The translations under genes were made by a program, and so were the position numbers. This document shows, piece after piece, positions 37,575 through 46,786 of a stretch of DNA of 64,000 bases. The stretch is from an uncultured Lachnospiraceae bacterium (GTDB taxonomy: Bacteria; Bacillota; Clostridia; UBA1381). Location of the stretch: NCBI GenBank assembly GCA_964530315.1, contig CAZGZZ010000003.1:6033-70032 (forward strand). Reading direction: 5' to 3'. Below the pieces are notes generated by a model. It saw nothing but the letters and a program-made list of their open reading frames with translations, made no database searches and was not told the origin of the DNA. Position 1 is the stretch's first letter. Each line of letters starts with the position of its first letter.

Positions 37575-37682
37575 TCAGCAATCGCCGCAGAACAGCGAAA
37601 GAACAATCAATATTATAAATATCCATAAAATTATGTTAAAATCAAAACTGCATTTTTGGGGACAGCATCCACGATTATGCAT
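37575..37682 (-). CDS. hypothetical 35-aa Cys-rich single-TM peptide (not in ORF track)
   Basis: A strong SD (AAAGGAGG) lies 7 nt upstream of the ATG. Translation: MHNRGCCPQKCSFDFNIILWIFIILIVLSLFCGDC. It ends just upstream of the bidirectional terminator. No homology is recognised. Confidence 0.4.
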   Translation of the reverse strand: MHNRGCCPQKCSFDFNIILWIFIILIVLSLFCGDC

Positions 37683-37825
37683 AAAAAGACCTCCTTTCGT
37701 TTAAGAGTTGAATGTGTTATTGTTAATATATATTATGTTATTTGATAAATTTTTGCAGCTTGTCTTGATATTTTGGAATTTATGAGTTATAATATATAAT
37801 AGAAGATTTTTTTTGGAGGAAAACA

Positions 37826-37999
37826 ATGGATAAAGATAAAATTGCAAGAATAAGCGAGCTTTCAAGAAAACAGCGTTCAACAGGTCTTAATGAAGAGGAA
37901 AAAGCGGAACAAAAGCTTTTGAGAGAAGAATATTTGCAGAGCATAAGAACAAATTTTCGCTCTGTGTTGGAAAATATCGAATTTACGGACAAGAAATGA
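37826..37999 (+). CDS. DUF896 (UPF0291, YnzC-like) small protein (not in ORF track)
   Basis: GGAGG RBS. The 57-aa MDKDKIARISELSRKQRSTGLNEEEKAEQKLLREEYLQSIRTNFRSVLENIEFTDKK closely follows the YnzC pattern (KIARINEL...EEEKAEQ..LR.EYL). A TTGATA-17-TATAAT promoter lies upstream. Confidence 0.8.
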   Translation: MDKDKIARISELSRKQRSTGLNEEEKAEQKLLREEYLQSIRTNFRSVLENIEFTDKK

Positions 38000-38008
38000 G
38001 GGGAATTT

Positions 38009-38818
38009 ATGTTAAAATATATTTTATGCGGAGTTATAGTATTTTTGGGATGTAATATGGGATTGATACCGGGAGTGATTGCTTTTTTTGGAACTCTTAT
38101 ATATATTATATATTCAACATTGCCGACATTGTATTCAATCAAAGGAAACAAAGCAATGAATAACGGAGATTATGAAAAAGCTCTTTCGTTATACAAAAAG
38201 GCTGTCAACACAAAAAGAGCCTCTGCATCTATTGAATTGAGATATGGAATGTTATTGTTAAGATGCGGACATCCCAATGAGGCGATTGGAGTTTTCAACT
38301 CAATTATCCTTTATTCAAAAACAAAAGGTCAGGAAAAATTGATAGCAAAGCAATACAGAGCAATGGCATATCATAAGCTCGGACAAAAAGAGGATGCCAT
38401 AGAGGAAGCGGAGGAATTGTTTGATAGCTTCAAAAATTCGGTTACCTACGGCATAATCTGTTATTTGAAACTTGCCTACAATGAGCCTGTAGATGAAATT
38501 TTGCCGATTTGTCTTGAAGCATATGATTATAACAGCGATGACCGTGATATAATAGATAATCTTGTACTTGCATATATAAGAAAGGGTGAATTTGTAAAGT
38601 CGAAAGAACTTGTCGATACAATGCTTGAAAAGTTTCCGACCTTTACAGAGGCATATTACCACGGTGCGGTTGTATATAAAAATCTCGGAGAGAGTAAAAA
38701 AGCTTACGAGTTGCTTTCGTCAATCAAAGAAAATTGCAGAAGAACCTATCTTACAACGGTAAGTGAGGAAGAAATCGAAGAATTGAAAAACAGTCTTAAC
38801 CGAAACGGAGAGAATTAA
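38009..38818 (+). CDS. membrane-anchored tetratricopeptide repeat protein
   Basis: Two N-terminal hydrophobic segments, followed by TPR-like repeats (YEKALSLYKKAV..., AYYHGAVVYKNLGESKKAYELL). Confidence 0.75.
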   Translation: MLKYILCGVIVFLGCNMGLIPGVIAFFGTLIYIIYSTLPTLYSIKGNKAMNNGDYEKALSLYKKAVNTKRASASIELRYGMLLLRCGHPNEAIGVFNSIILYSKTKGQEKLIAKQYRAMAYHKLGQKEDAIEEAEELFDSFKNSVTYGIICYLKLAYNEPVDEILPICLEAYDYNSDDRDIIDNLVLAYIRKGEFVKSKELVDTMLEKFPTFTEAYYHGAVVYKNLGESKKAYELLSSIKENCRRTYLTTVSEEEIEELKNSLNRNGEN

Positions 38819-38820
38819 TA

Positions 38821-39264
38821 ATGATAAAATTCAAGCTAAAAGAGGGCTTGCAGGGATATGATATGTGCAAGGCGTTCAGAGAAGAGATTTTTGAGGGTGA
38901 CAGCCTTGATGAAGCGGATAAGACCGCAATACATATGTACGGAAGCGAAAACGGTAAAATAATTTGCTGTGCAAGACTTTATAAAACGGGCGATTATGTT
39001 TTTTGTATAGATAAGGTCGGAGTTTTGCCGGAGGAAAGAATGCAATTTGTTGCCGATACGATGATAAGAGCACTTGAGGACAAGGCTGTTACTTTAATCG
39101 GTGCTGTTATATCCACCGAGGTTCCGGAAAATGCATGGGGTTTTTTTGAATATGAGGACTATGTATTTTGCGGTGATGAATTCATCAAAGACGGCGTGAA
39201 ATACAGAAAGATGAAAAGAGATTTAACAAAAATAAGAGGTTGTAGGGGAGGATGCGGCAAATGA
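38821..39264 (+). CDS. GNAT-like acetyltransferase-fold protein
   Basis: Size and pattern (ARLYKTGDYVFCIDKVGVLPEERMQFVADTMIRALEDKA) resemble GNAT motif A, but the Q/RxxGxG/A loop is degenerate. Confidence 0.5.
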   Translation: MIKFKLKEGLQGYDMCKAFREEIFEGDSLDEADKTAIHMYGSENGKIICCARLYKTGDYVFCIDKVGVLPEERMQFVADTMIRALEDKAVTLIGAVISTEVPENAWGFFEYEDYVFCGDEFIKDGVKYRKMKRDLTKIRGCRGGCGK

Positions 39265-40538
39265 GCACACCTCTTGCGGACAGAATGAGACCGACGGAGC
39301 TTTCGGAGGTGGTCGGTCAAAAGCATCTTTTGGGAAATAACAAACTGTTAAAAAGAGTTATCGAATCGGGAGAAGTTCCCAATATGATATTTTACGGTCC
39401 GAGCGGTGTGGGAAAAACCACTGTTGCCAATATTATTGCATCAAAAACGGGAAAAACTCTTCATCGTCTTAACGCAACGACTGCATCTGTTTCGGATATC
39501 AAGGGAATTATATCCACTCTTGACGGATTTATGGCACAAAACGGAGTTTTGCTGTATCTTGATGAAATTCAGCATTTTAATAAAAAGCAACAGCAGACGC
39601 TGCTTGAATATATGGAAAACGGTCAGATTACACTGATTGCAAGCACAACGGAAAATCCGTATTTTTATGTTTACAATGCTGTTTTGTCACGCTCTGTTGT
39701 TTTTGAATTTAAGACTGTCGATGCGACTGATATTGTTGATTCTTTGAAAAGATGTGTTGAAAAATTATCCGAACAGGAATACAGGAATTATAACATAAAA
39801 ATCGGAGACGGTGTGCTTGAACATATTGCACTTGTATCGGGCGGCGATGTGAGAAAAGCGGTTAATTCTTTGGAAATATGCCTTTTGGCGGCTGTTCCGG
39901 ATGAGGATGGAAATCTTTGTTTGGATTTGGAAACAGCGGAACAGGCAACGCAGAAAAAATCAATGAAATATGACCGTGACGGTGACAGTCACTATGATAT
40001 TTTGAGTGCCTTTCAAAAATCAATAAGAGGAAGCGACCCCGATGCGGCGATACATTATATGGCAAGACTTTTATCTGCCGGTGATATTCAGAGCGTATGC
40101 CGAAGACTTTTGGTTATTGCATCGGAGGATATAGGGCTTGCGTATCCCCTTGCCGCGACAATTGTCAAATCGTGTGTTGACAGTGCATTGCAATTGGGAC
40201 TGCCCGAAGCACAGCTTCCGCTCGGTGAGGCGGTTATTCTGCTTGCAACGGCACCTAAATCAAATTCTTCATCGCAGGCGGTTTGGAGTGCAATGGCAGA
40301 TATCGAAAGTAAGGATGTGGGAGATATTCCCGACCATTTGAAGGATGCGCATTATTCGGGTGCGAAAAAGCTTGGACACGGTATTGAGTATAAATATCCC
40401 CACGGGTATGAAAATCATTATATCAAACAGCAATATTTGCCGGATAACATAAAGAATGTTACATACTATGATTATGGAGACAACAAAACTGAACAGACGG
40501 TTAAAGCTTATTGGGAAAAGATAAAAGGAAATAAGTAA
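39261..40538 (+). CDS. rarA: replication-associated recombination protein A (AAA+ ATPase)
   Basis: MSTPLADRMRPTELSEVVGQKHLLG, Walker A GPSGVGKTT and the C-terminal MgsA-type HYDILSAFQKSIRGSDPDAAIHY. Confidence 0.9.
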   Translation: MSTPLADRMRPTELSEVVGQKHLLGNNKLLKRVIESGEVPNMIFYGPSGVGKTTVANIIASKTGKTLHRLNATTASVSDIKGIISTLDGFMAQNGVLLYLDEIQHFNKKQQQTLLEYMENGQITLIASTTENPYFYVYNAVLSRSVVFEFKTVDATDIVDSLKRCVEKLSEQEYRNYNIKIGDGVLEHIALVSGGDVRKAVNSLEICLLAAVPDEDGNLCLDLETAEQATQKKSMKYDRDGDSHYDILSAFQKSIRGSDPDAAIHYMARLLSAGDIQSVCRRLLVIASEDIGLAYPLAATIVKSCVDSALQLGLPEAQLPLGEAVILLATAPKSNSSSQAVWSAMADIESKDVGDIPDHLKDAHYSGAKKLGHGIEYKYPHGYENHYIKQQYLPDNIKNVTYYDYGDNKTEQTVKAYWEKIKGNK

Positions 40539-40539
40539 A

Positions 40540-40788
40540 ATGGAAGATATTGAAGATGAAGTAATAATCTCGGAAAAATCAAGGTTTACAGCAGCGGTTC
40601 TGCAATTGTTTTGCGGATGCTTCGGACTCGGAAGATTTTATCTGGGATATAAGACATATGGCGTTTTGCAAATTGTCACAACACTGATAACCTGCGGTGC
40701 AGGAGGTTTGGTGTGGGGATTTGTTGACGGTATTATGATATTGAACGGAACGGTTTTTTGTGACGGAAAAGGAAATTTATTAATTTGA
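40540..40788 (+). CDS. TM2 domain-containing membrane protein
   Basis: [21 protein letters not shown] matches the TM2 pattern. 82 aa. Confidence 0.75.
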   Translation: MEDIEDEVIISEKSRFTAAVLQLFCGCFGLGRFYLGYKTYGVLQIVTTLITCGAGGLVWGFVDGIMILNGTVFCDGKGNLLI

Positions 40789-40802
40789 ACAGGAGAGAAC
40801 AT

Positions 40803-42611
40803 ATGGCTGAAAGCAATCGTGATAAGATAAGGAATTTTTGCATTATTGCACATATTGACCACGGAAAATCAACCTTGGCGGACAGACTTTTGGAGTTGAC
40901 GGGTGAGGTTGAGCTTCGTGATATGGAGGAACAGCTTCTGGATAATATGGACCTTGAGCGTGAAAGAGGAATAACAATCAAGGCTCATGCCGTAAAGCTT
41001 AATTATAACGCAAAGGACGGAAACACTTATCAATTGAATTTGATAGATACACCGGGGCATGTGGATTTTAACTATGAAGTATCAAGAAGCCTTGCGGCTT
41101 GTGAGGGTGCGATTTTGATAGTTGATGCTTCACAGGGAATAGAGGCACAAACTTTGGCAAACACATATCTTGCGCTTGAGCATGATTTGGAAATTGTTCC
41201 GGTAATAAACAAAATTGACCTTCCGTCTGCACAACCCGAGCGTGCAATTTCGGAAATTGAAGACATAATCGGAATACCGGCAAGTGATGCTCCACTTGTT
41301 TCGGCAAAAACCGGACTGAATGTTTCGGATGTTCTCGATGCTATTGTTGAAAAAATTCCGGCACCGTCGGGGGATGATGATGCACCGCTTAAAGCTTTGA
41401 TATTTGATTCATACTATGACAGCTATAAGGGTGTAATTATTTATGTGCGTATTAAGGACGGAAAATTAAATGTCGGCGACAGAATAAGACTTATGGCAAC
41501 AGGTGCGGAATTTGATGTTGTTGAGGTCGGCTCTCTTCACGCAAATGCTATGATACCAAAGAAAGAATTGACTGCCGGAGATGTCGGATATATAGCCGCA
41601 AGCATTAAAAATATTCAGGATACGCAGGTTGGTGACACTGTTACGGTTGCAACAAATCCGGCAAAAGAACCTCTTCCCGGCTATAAAAAGGTAAATCCTA
41701 TGGTTTATTGCGGAATTTATCCTGCTGACGGTGCGCAGTATGATGATTTGAAAGAGGCATTGGGCAAGCTTCAGTTAAATGATGCTGCATTGATGTTTGA
41801 GGCAGAAACCTCTGTTGCACTCGGATTTGGATTTCGATGCGGATTTTTGGGTCTTTTGCATATGGAAATTATTCAGGAAAGACTTGAAAGAGAATATAAT
41901 CTTGATCTTGTCACAACAGCTCCGAGTGTAATTTATAAGGTATATAAAACGGACGGTGAGGTTATATGTGTCGATAATCCGACAAATCTTCCTTCTCCGA
42001 CCGAAATAGACTATATGGAAGAACCTATGGTGAAAGCGGATATTATGGTTCCGACGGATTTTGTCGGAAATGTTATGGAGCTTTGCCAGGAACGCCGTGG
42101 AATATTCATTGATATGAAATATATGGAAACAACAAGGGCACAGATTTTTTATGAACTGCCTTTGAATGAAATTATATATGATTTCTTTGACGCTTTGAAG
42201 TCAAGAACCAGAGGATACGCATCATTTGATTATGAGCTTACCGAATACCGTCGTTCCGAGCTTGTGAAACTTGATATTTTGTTGAACGGTGAAATGGTGG
42301 ATGCACTTTCATTTATTGTTCATAAGGATAATGCATATTCAAGAGGAAGAAAAATGGCTGAAAAGCTGAAAGAATCAATTCCGAGACAGTTATTTGAAGT
42401 GCCTATCCAAGCGGCAATCGGAAATAAAATAATCGCAAGAGAAACAGTTAAGGCACTCCGAAAAGATGTTTTGGCAAAGTGCTACGGCGGTGATATAACC
42501 AGAAAGAAGAAGCTTTTGGAGAAACAAAAAGAGGGTAAAAAGAGAATGCGTCAGGTCGGAAGTATAGAAGTTCCGCAGGAAGCATTTATGAGTGTGTTGA
42601 AGCTTGATTAA
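40803..42611 (+). CDS. lepA: translation elongation factor 4
   Basis: [28 protein letters not shown] and NKIDL G-motifs. I preferred the ATG at 40803. Confidence 0.93.
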   Translation: MAESNRDKIRNFCIIAHIDHGKSTLADRLLELTGEVELRDMEEQLLDNMDLERERGITIKAHAVKLNYNAKDGNTYQLNLIDTPGHVDFNYEVSRSLAACEGAILIVDASQGIEAQTLANTYLALEHDLEIVPVINKIDLPSAQPERAISEIEDIIGIPASDAPLVSAKTGLNVSDVLDAIVEKIPAPSGDDDAPLKALIFDSYYDSYKGVIIYVRIKDGKLNVGDRIRLMATGAEFDVVEVGSLHANAMIPKKELTAGDVGYIAASIKNIQDTQVGDTVTVATNPAKEPLPGYKKVNPMVYCGIYPADGAQYDDLKEALGKLQLNDAALMFEAETSVALGFGFRCGFLGLLHMEIIQERLEREYNLDLVTTAPSVIYKVYKTDGEVICVDNPTNLPSPTEIDYMEEPMVKADIMVPTDFVGNVMELCQERRGIFIDMKYMETTRAQIFYELPLNEIIYDFFDALKSRTRGYASFDYELTEYRRSELVKLDILLNGEMVDALSFIVHKDNAYSRGRKMAEKLKESIPRQLFEVPIQAAIGNKIIARETVKALRKDVLAKCYGGDITRKKKLLEKQKEGKKRMRQVGSIEVPQEAFMSVLKLD

Positions 42612-42654
42612 AAAATAAGGCGGCAAAATGAGATTTTTGCCGCCTTATTTTTTT
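42612..42654 (+). terminator. rho-independent terminator after lepA
   Basis: Stem AATAAGGCGGCAAAA / TTTTGCCGCCTTATT followed by TTTTTT. Confidence 0.85.
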
Positions 42655-42679
42655 ATGCATTATGAAAAATAGAAAAGAC

Positions 42680-42707
42680 ATATTTGTAAATTTTTATTTA
42701 CAAATAT
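42680..42707. promoter_or_regulatory. 12-bp-arm perfect inverted repeat upstream of the glmM promoter; candidate operator
   Basis: ATATTTGTAAAT-TTTT-ATTTACAAATAT lies 18 nt upstream of the -35 box. No T run follows it, so it is not a terminator. Confidence 0.4.
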
Positions 42708-42724
42708 AACTTGAACATTTAGCG

Positions 42725-42753
42725 TTGACAGATTTTAAAAGGTGTGATATTAT
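42725..42753 (+). promoter_or_regulatory. sigma-A-type promoter upstream of HTH-glmM
   Basis: TTGACA, 17-nt spacer, TATTAT. A second possible -10 (TATAAT at about 42831) lies closer to the gene. Confidence 0.5.
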
Positions 42754-42872
42754 TAATTTTGCAACTACGAGTTGCGATAAATATCAAATTAAAGTTGGTT
42801 GATATTTTTTGCTTCTTTTGGTAATATTATTTTATAATACATAAAAAAGAGTGTTTGAAAGGTGGATTATTG

Positions 42873-44486
42873 ATGACTATCGGAGAGAAAATCGCACAAT
42901 TGAGAATTTCGGCAAACATATCGCAGGAGCAATTTGCGGAGAAAATTTCCGTTTCACGCCAATCGGTGTCAAAATGGGAAATGAATCAGGCACTTCCTCA
43001 AATAGATAAGGTTTTGCAAATTTGCGAATTATTCGGTATTTCAACGGATGAATTGTTAAGAGAACAAATTTCTATAAGCAAAAGCGGGAAAAAGCATAAT
43101 AAATATTTCGGAACAGACGGATTCAGAGGAGAAGCTAACAATGATTTGACATCGATGCACGCCTATAAAGTCGGAAGATTTCTCGGTTGGTATTATTCGT
43201 CAAGACTTTCGGGATGTACAAATGCCGGCTACAGACCGAAAATTGTTATCGGTAAGGACACAAGGCGTTCAAGCTATATGCTTGAATATTCTCTTGTTGC
43301 CGGAATAACGGCATCGGGTGCGGATGTATATATGCTTCATGTTACGACAACACCGAGTGTGTCGTATGTTACAAGACAGGATGAATTTGACTGCGGAATT
43401 ATGATTACTGCGTCACATAACCCTTATTACGATAACGGAATTAAGGTTATAAACAAATACGGCGAAAAGCTTGATGACAACACAACAGAGTTGATTGAGG
43501 CGTATATTGACGGCGATTTGAATGCACTGGGTGTAAAAGGAAATGATCTTCCTTTGGCACACAAGGACAAAATCGGATGTATTGTCGATTATGTGTCGGG
43601 AAGAAACAGATATGTAGGATATTTGATATCTCTCGCATCACATTCGTATAAGCAGTTCAAAGTAGGTCTTGACTGTGCAAACGGTGCATCATGGATGATT
43701 GCAAAATCTGTGTTCGGAGCACTCGGTGCACAAACTTATGTCATAGGTGCAGAGCCTGACGGTTTGAATGTTAATAACGATTGCGGTTCGACGCATATTG
43801 AAAAGCTCTGTGAATTTGTAAAGGCTAATCATCTTGATATAGGCTTTGCTTTTGACGGAGATGCTGACAGATGTATTGCCGTTGATGAAAACGGTAAGGT
43901 CGTAGATGGCGATATTATGCTCTATATCCTCGGCAAGAGATTAAAATCAAGAGGTGTTTTGAATTCTGATACGGTGGTTATGACAGTTATGTCAAACAGC
44001 GGACTCAAAAAGAGCTTTGACGAAATCGGAATAAAGAGCATTGAGACAGCTGTCGGCGACAGATTTGTGTATGAGTCAATGCAAAAGAATGATTATTGTC
44101 TTGGCGGTGAGCAATCGGGACATATCATAATAAAGAAATATGCAACAACAGGTGACGGTTTATTGACAGCGTTGATGATTATGGAAGAGGTTTGCGATTT
44201 AAAATCAAAGCTTTCGGAGCTTGCCGAACCTGTTATGCTTTATCCGCAATACACAAAGAATATAAGAGTTAAGGATAAAGCGGCAGTGTTATCCGATGAA
44301 ACTGTTCTTGCAGAGCTTGATGCGGTTGAAAAATGTATAAACAAAAACGGAAGAGCATTGCTTCGTAAAAGCGGAACAGAACCTGTTATAAGAATTATGA
44401 TAGAATGTGACAGTGAAGAAAAATGCGTTGAGTATGCGGAAAGAATAGCCGAAAAGATAGTTGAGGGAGGTCATTGCGTTGACTAA
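42873..44486 (+). CDS. glmM: XRE-family HTH domain fused to phosphoglucosamine mutase
   Basis: The N-terminal ~65 aa (IGEKIAQLRISANISQEQFAEKISVSRQSVSKWEMNQALPQIDKVLQICELFGISTDELL) is an HTH_3 pattern. It continues in frame into KYFGTDGFRGEAN, TASHNP, DGDADR, GEQSGH and RKSGTEP, the phosphohexomutase motifs. No start codon is visible at the junction. Confidence 0.85.
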   Translation: MTIGEKIAQLRISANISQEQFAEKISVSRQSVSKWEMNQALPQIDKVLQICELFGISTDELLREQISISKSGKKHNKYFGTDGFRGEANNDLTSMHAYKVGRFLGWYYSSRLSGCTNAGYRPKIVIGKDTRRSSYMLEYSLVAGITASGADVYMLHVTTTPSVSYVTRQDEFDCGIMITASHNPYYDNGIKVINKYGEKLDDNTTELIEAYIDGDLNALGVKGNDLPLAHKDKIGCIVDYVSGRNRYVGYLISLASHSYKQFKVGLDCANGASWMIAKSVFGALGAQTYVIGAEPDGLNVNNDCGSTHIEKLCEFVKANHLDIGFAFDGDADRCIAVDENGKVVDGDIMLYILGKRLKSRGVLNSDTVVMTVMSNSGLKKSFDEIGIKSIETAVGDRFVYESMQKNDYCLGGEQSGHIIIKKYATTGDGLLTALMIMEEVCDLKSKLSELAEPVMLYPQYTKNIRVKDKAAVLSDETVLAELDAVEKCINKNGRALLRKSGTEPVIRIMIECDSEEKCVEYAERIAEKIVEGGHCVD

Positions 44487-45141
44487 AAAGGTCAGAACGG
44501 AAGAATTATTTGATTGCAAAAACAAATATGTGGCGGATATTTTTAAAAATTCCGAATACCCGTGGGAAATTCTCCCCAAAGTGAAGAGTTGCATAGACAA
44601 TATTATATCAAACGATCCCGATGAGTTTGAAGAGATAGAAAATGGTGTGTTTGTCGGTAAGGATGTTAAAATATATCCGAATGTAACGATTGAACCGCCT
44701 GCGGTTATAGGTAGCGGAACACAAATTCGTCCCGGAGCTTTTTTGAGAGGATATGTTTTTGTGGGAGAAAATTGTGTTATAGGAAATTCGACAGAATTAA
44801 AAAGCTGTATTATTCTTGATAATGTTCAAGTACCGCACTACAATTATGTTGGTGATTCGATTTTGGGAAATCATTCACATATGGGAGCCGGCTCGGTTTG
44901 CTCAAATCTTAAATCGGATGGAAAAGCGGTAGTCATTCATGGAGAAGAGGAATATGAAACAGGCTTGAGAAAGGTCGGTGCAATTCTCGGCGATAACGCA
45001 GATGTCGGATGCGGCTGTGTTTTAAATCCCGGAACGATAATCGGAAAGGATACTTCGGTTTATCCGCTTACGGCTGTCAGAGGAGTGATTCCGGGTGGCT
45101 GTATTGTAAAGGATATGAATAATATTGTAAAAAGAAAATAA
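44479..45141 (+). CDS. left-handed beta-helix (hexapeptide repeat) acyltransferase, GlmU C-terminal-domain-like
   Basis: Hexapeptide repeats IGSGTQIRPGAFLRGYVFVGENCVIGNSTELKSCIILDNVQV... I infer a TTG start at 44479, 8 nt after GGGAGG, overlapping the glmM stop. Confidence 0.7.
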   Translation: MTKKVRTEELFDCKNKYVADIFKNSEYPWEILPKVKSCIDNIISNDPDEFEEIENGVFVGKDVKIYPNVTIEPPAVIGSGTQIRPGAFLRGYVFVGENCVIGNSTELKSCIILDNVQVPHYNYVGDSILGNHSHMGAGSVCSNLKSDGKAVVIHGEEEYETGLRKVGAILGDNADVGCGCVLNPGTIIGKDTSVYPLTAVRGVIPGGCIVKDMNNIVKRK

Positions 45142-45148
45142 TAATTCG

Positions 45149-45190
45149 CCCAAAAACTGTTTTTTTTAATGGCTTTTGGGTGATTTTTTT
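45149..45190 (+). terminator. probable rho-independent terminator
   Basis: Stem CCCAAAA / TTTTGGG with a large loop, followed by TGATTTTTTT. Confidence 0.5.
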
Positions 45191-45210
45191 GTAAAAAATT
45201 CAAAAAAATG

Positions 45211-45239
45211 TTGAAAAATAAGTCATAATGTGATACTAT
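45211..45239 (+). promoter_or_regulatory. sigma-A-type promoter of pgsA
   Basis: TTGAAA, 17-nt spacer, TACTAT with a TGA extended -10. Confidence 0.55.
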
Positions 45240-45288
45240 ATTAACAATATTATTGTATATTCTTTTATACGACAGAAAGGTTAAAAAA

Positions 45289-45849
45289 ATGCAGAAGAAT
45301 TATGAAAATAAAATTGTAACCATACCGAATTTGCTGACTCTTTTGAGATTACTTCTAATTCCGGTGATAGTATATCTTTACTGCTTTGAAAAAAGCTATA
45401 ATTATACGGCGGTAGTTCTCATAATGTCGGGATTGACGGACCTTGTTGACGGATTTATTGCGAGAACTTTTCATATGACAAGCAATCTCGGAAAGATAAT
45501 AGACCCGATAGCGGACAAGCTGACACAGTTTGTCGTTTTGGTATGTTTGGTGACAAGATTTCCTACGATGCTTGTTCCGAGCCTTATTCTTTTGACAAAA
45601 GAGCTTATATCCGGTGTTATAGCAATGTGTGCCATAAAAAAATCGGGTAAGGTTGACGGTGCGGATTGGCACGGAAAGGTTTCGACCTTTATGCTCTATG
45701 CGATGATGATTCTTCATGTACTGTGGGTAGATATACCGAGTGTTGTTTCTAACGGATTTATAACTGTATGTACGGTTATGATGGTGATATCATTTATTCT
45801 TTATACGATAAGAAATTTGACGGTATATAAGGAGTTTAAGGATAAATAA
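45289..45849 (+). CDS. pgsA: CDP-diacylglycerol--glycerol-3-phosphate 3-phosphatidyltransferase
   Basis: CDP-alcohol phosphatidyltransferase motif DLVDGFIARTFHMTSNLGKIIDPIADKL. I preferred the ATG at 45289. Confidence 0.85.
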   Translation: MQKNYENKIVTIPNLLTLLRLLLIPVIVYLYCFEKSYNYTAVVLIMSGLTDLVDGFIARTFHMTSNLGKIIDPIADKLTQFVVLVCLVTRFPTMLVPSLILLTKELISGVIAMCAIKKSGKVDGADWHGKVSTFMLYAMMILHVLWVDIPSVVSNGFITVCTVMMVISFILYTIRNLTVYKEFKDK

Positions 45850-45861
45850 AAGAGGTGGATT

Positions 45862-46701
45862 ATGAAAAATGAATTTTGCGTTTATGCAAGTCCGATATCT
45901 GTATATGACAGTAATTTGAAAAAAATAGATGCGGCGAACAGATTCGGTATGGCGGCTGTTGAATGTTTTAATAATGCCGAGCTTTCTTCGCCCGATGAGG
46001 AAGCGGCAATAAGAATAAAAGAATATGCCGATAAAAACAATATAAAAATCCCTTGTCTTTCTGTATATATCGATGTTTCCACCGATTACGAGCAAACGGT
46101 CGAAAATTTAAAAGGTTACGCAAGGGTCGCAAAGATACTCGGCTCACCATACCTTCATCACACAATCATTTCCGAATGTTCCGATCCCAATAAAGTATTG
46201 TCACAAAAGGATGAATTATATGATTTGGGTATAAAGGCTGTAAGAGAGATTTATGATTATGCCGAAAGTATCGGAATAAAAACCGTGTATGAAGATCAAG
46301 GCTATGTATTTAACGGTATTAACGGATTTAAAAAATTCACGGAAGATGTTAAAAGAGATATCGGAGTGATTGCGGATTTCGGAAATATATACGAAGCCGA
46401 TGACAGTATTACCGATTTTATAAAAACATTCGGAGATAAAATATGTCATGTTCATATAAAGGATATGGAAATTGCCGAAAAAGAGCCGGAAGAACAGAGT
46501 ATGCTAAAAACTCTCGGCGGTAAATTCATAATTGAAACGGAGATAGGAAAGGGAAGTGTTGATATATCCGGCGGTTTGGAAGAGTTGAAGAAAATAAAAT
46601 ATGACGGATATTTGAGTTTGGAATTTTGTGCGTTTGATGACAATCCTCAAACATATATTGATCAAGTTGAAGCTGTTGGAAAGATTTTAAAACAGGTATA
46701 A
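45862..46701 (+). CDS. sugar phosphate isomerase/epimerase (xylose isomerase-like TIM barrel)
   Basis: 279 aa with a pattern consistent with the AP_endonuc_2/TIM-barrel family (...HHTII..., ...CHVHIKD..., ...YLSLEF...). Confidence 0.7.
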   Translation: MKNEFCVYASPISVYDSNLKKIDAANRFGMAAVECFNNAELSSPDEEAAIRIKEYADKNNIKIPCLSVYIDVSTDYEQTVENLKGYARVAKILGSPYLHHTIISECSDPNKVLSQKDELYDLGIKAVREIYDYAESIGIKTVYEDQGYVFNGINGFKKFTEDVKRDIGVIADFGNIYEADDSITDFIKTFGDKICHVHIKDMEIAEKEPEEQSMLKTLGGKFIIETEIGKGSVDISGGLEELKKIKYDGYLSLEFCAFDDNPQTYIDQVEAVGKILKQV

Positions 46702-46786
46702 TGTAAATTTTCTGTTAATTTACTTGATTTTTGTCAATGGATTTGATATAATTTATACAGTATAATTTTTGAAAGGAAATAACGAT

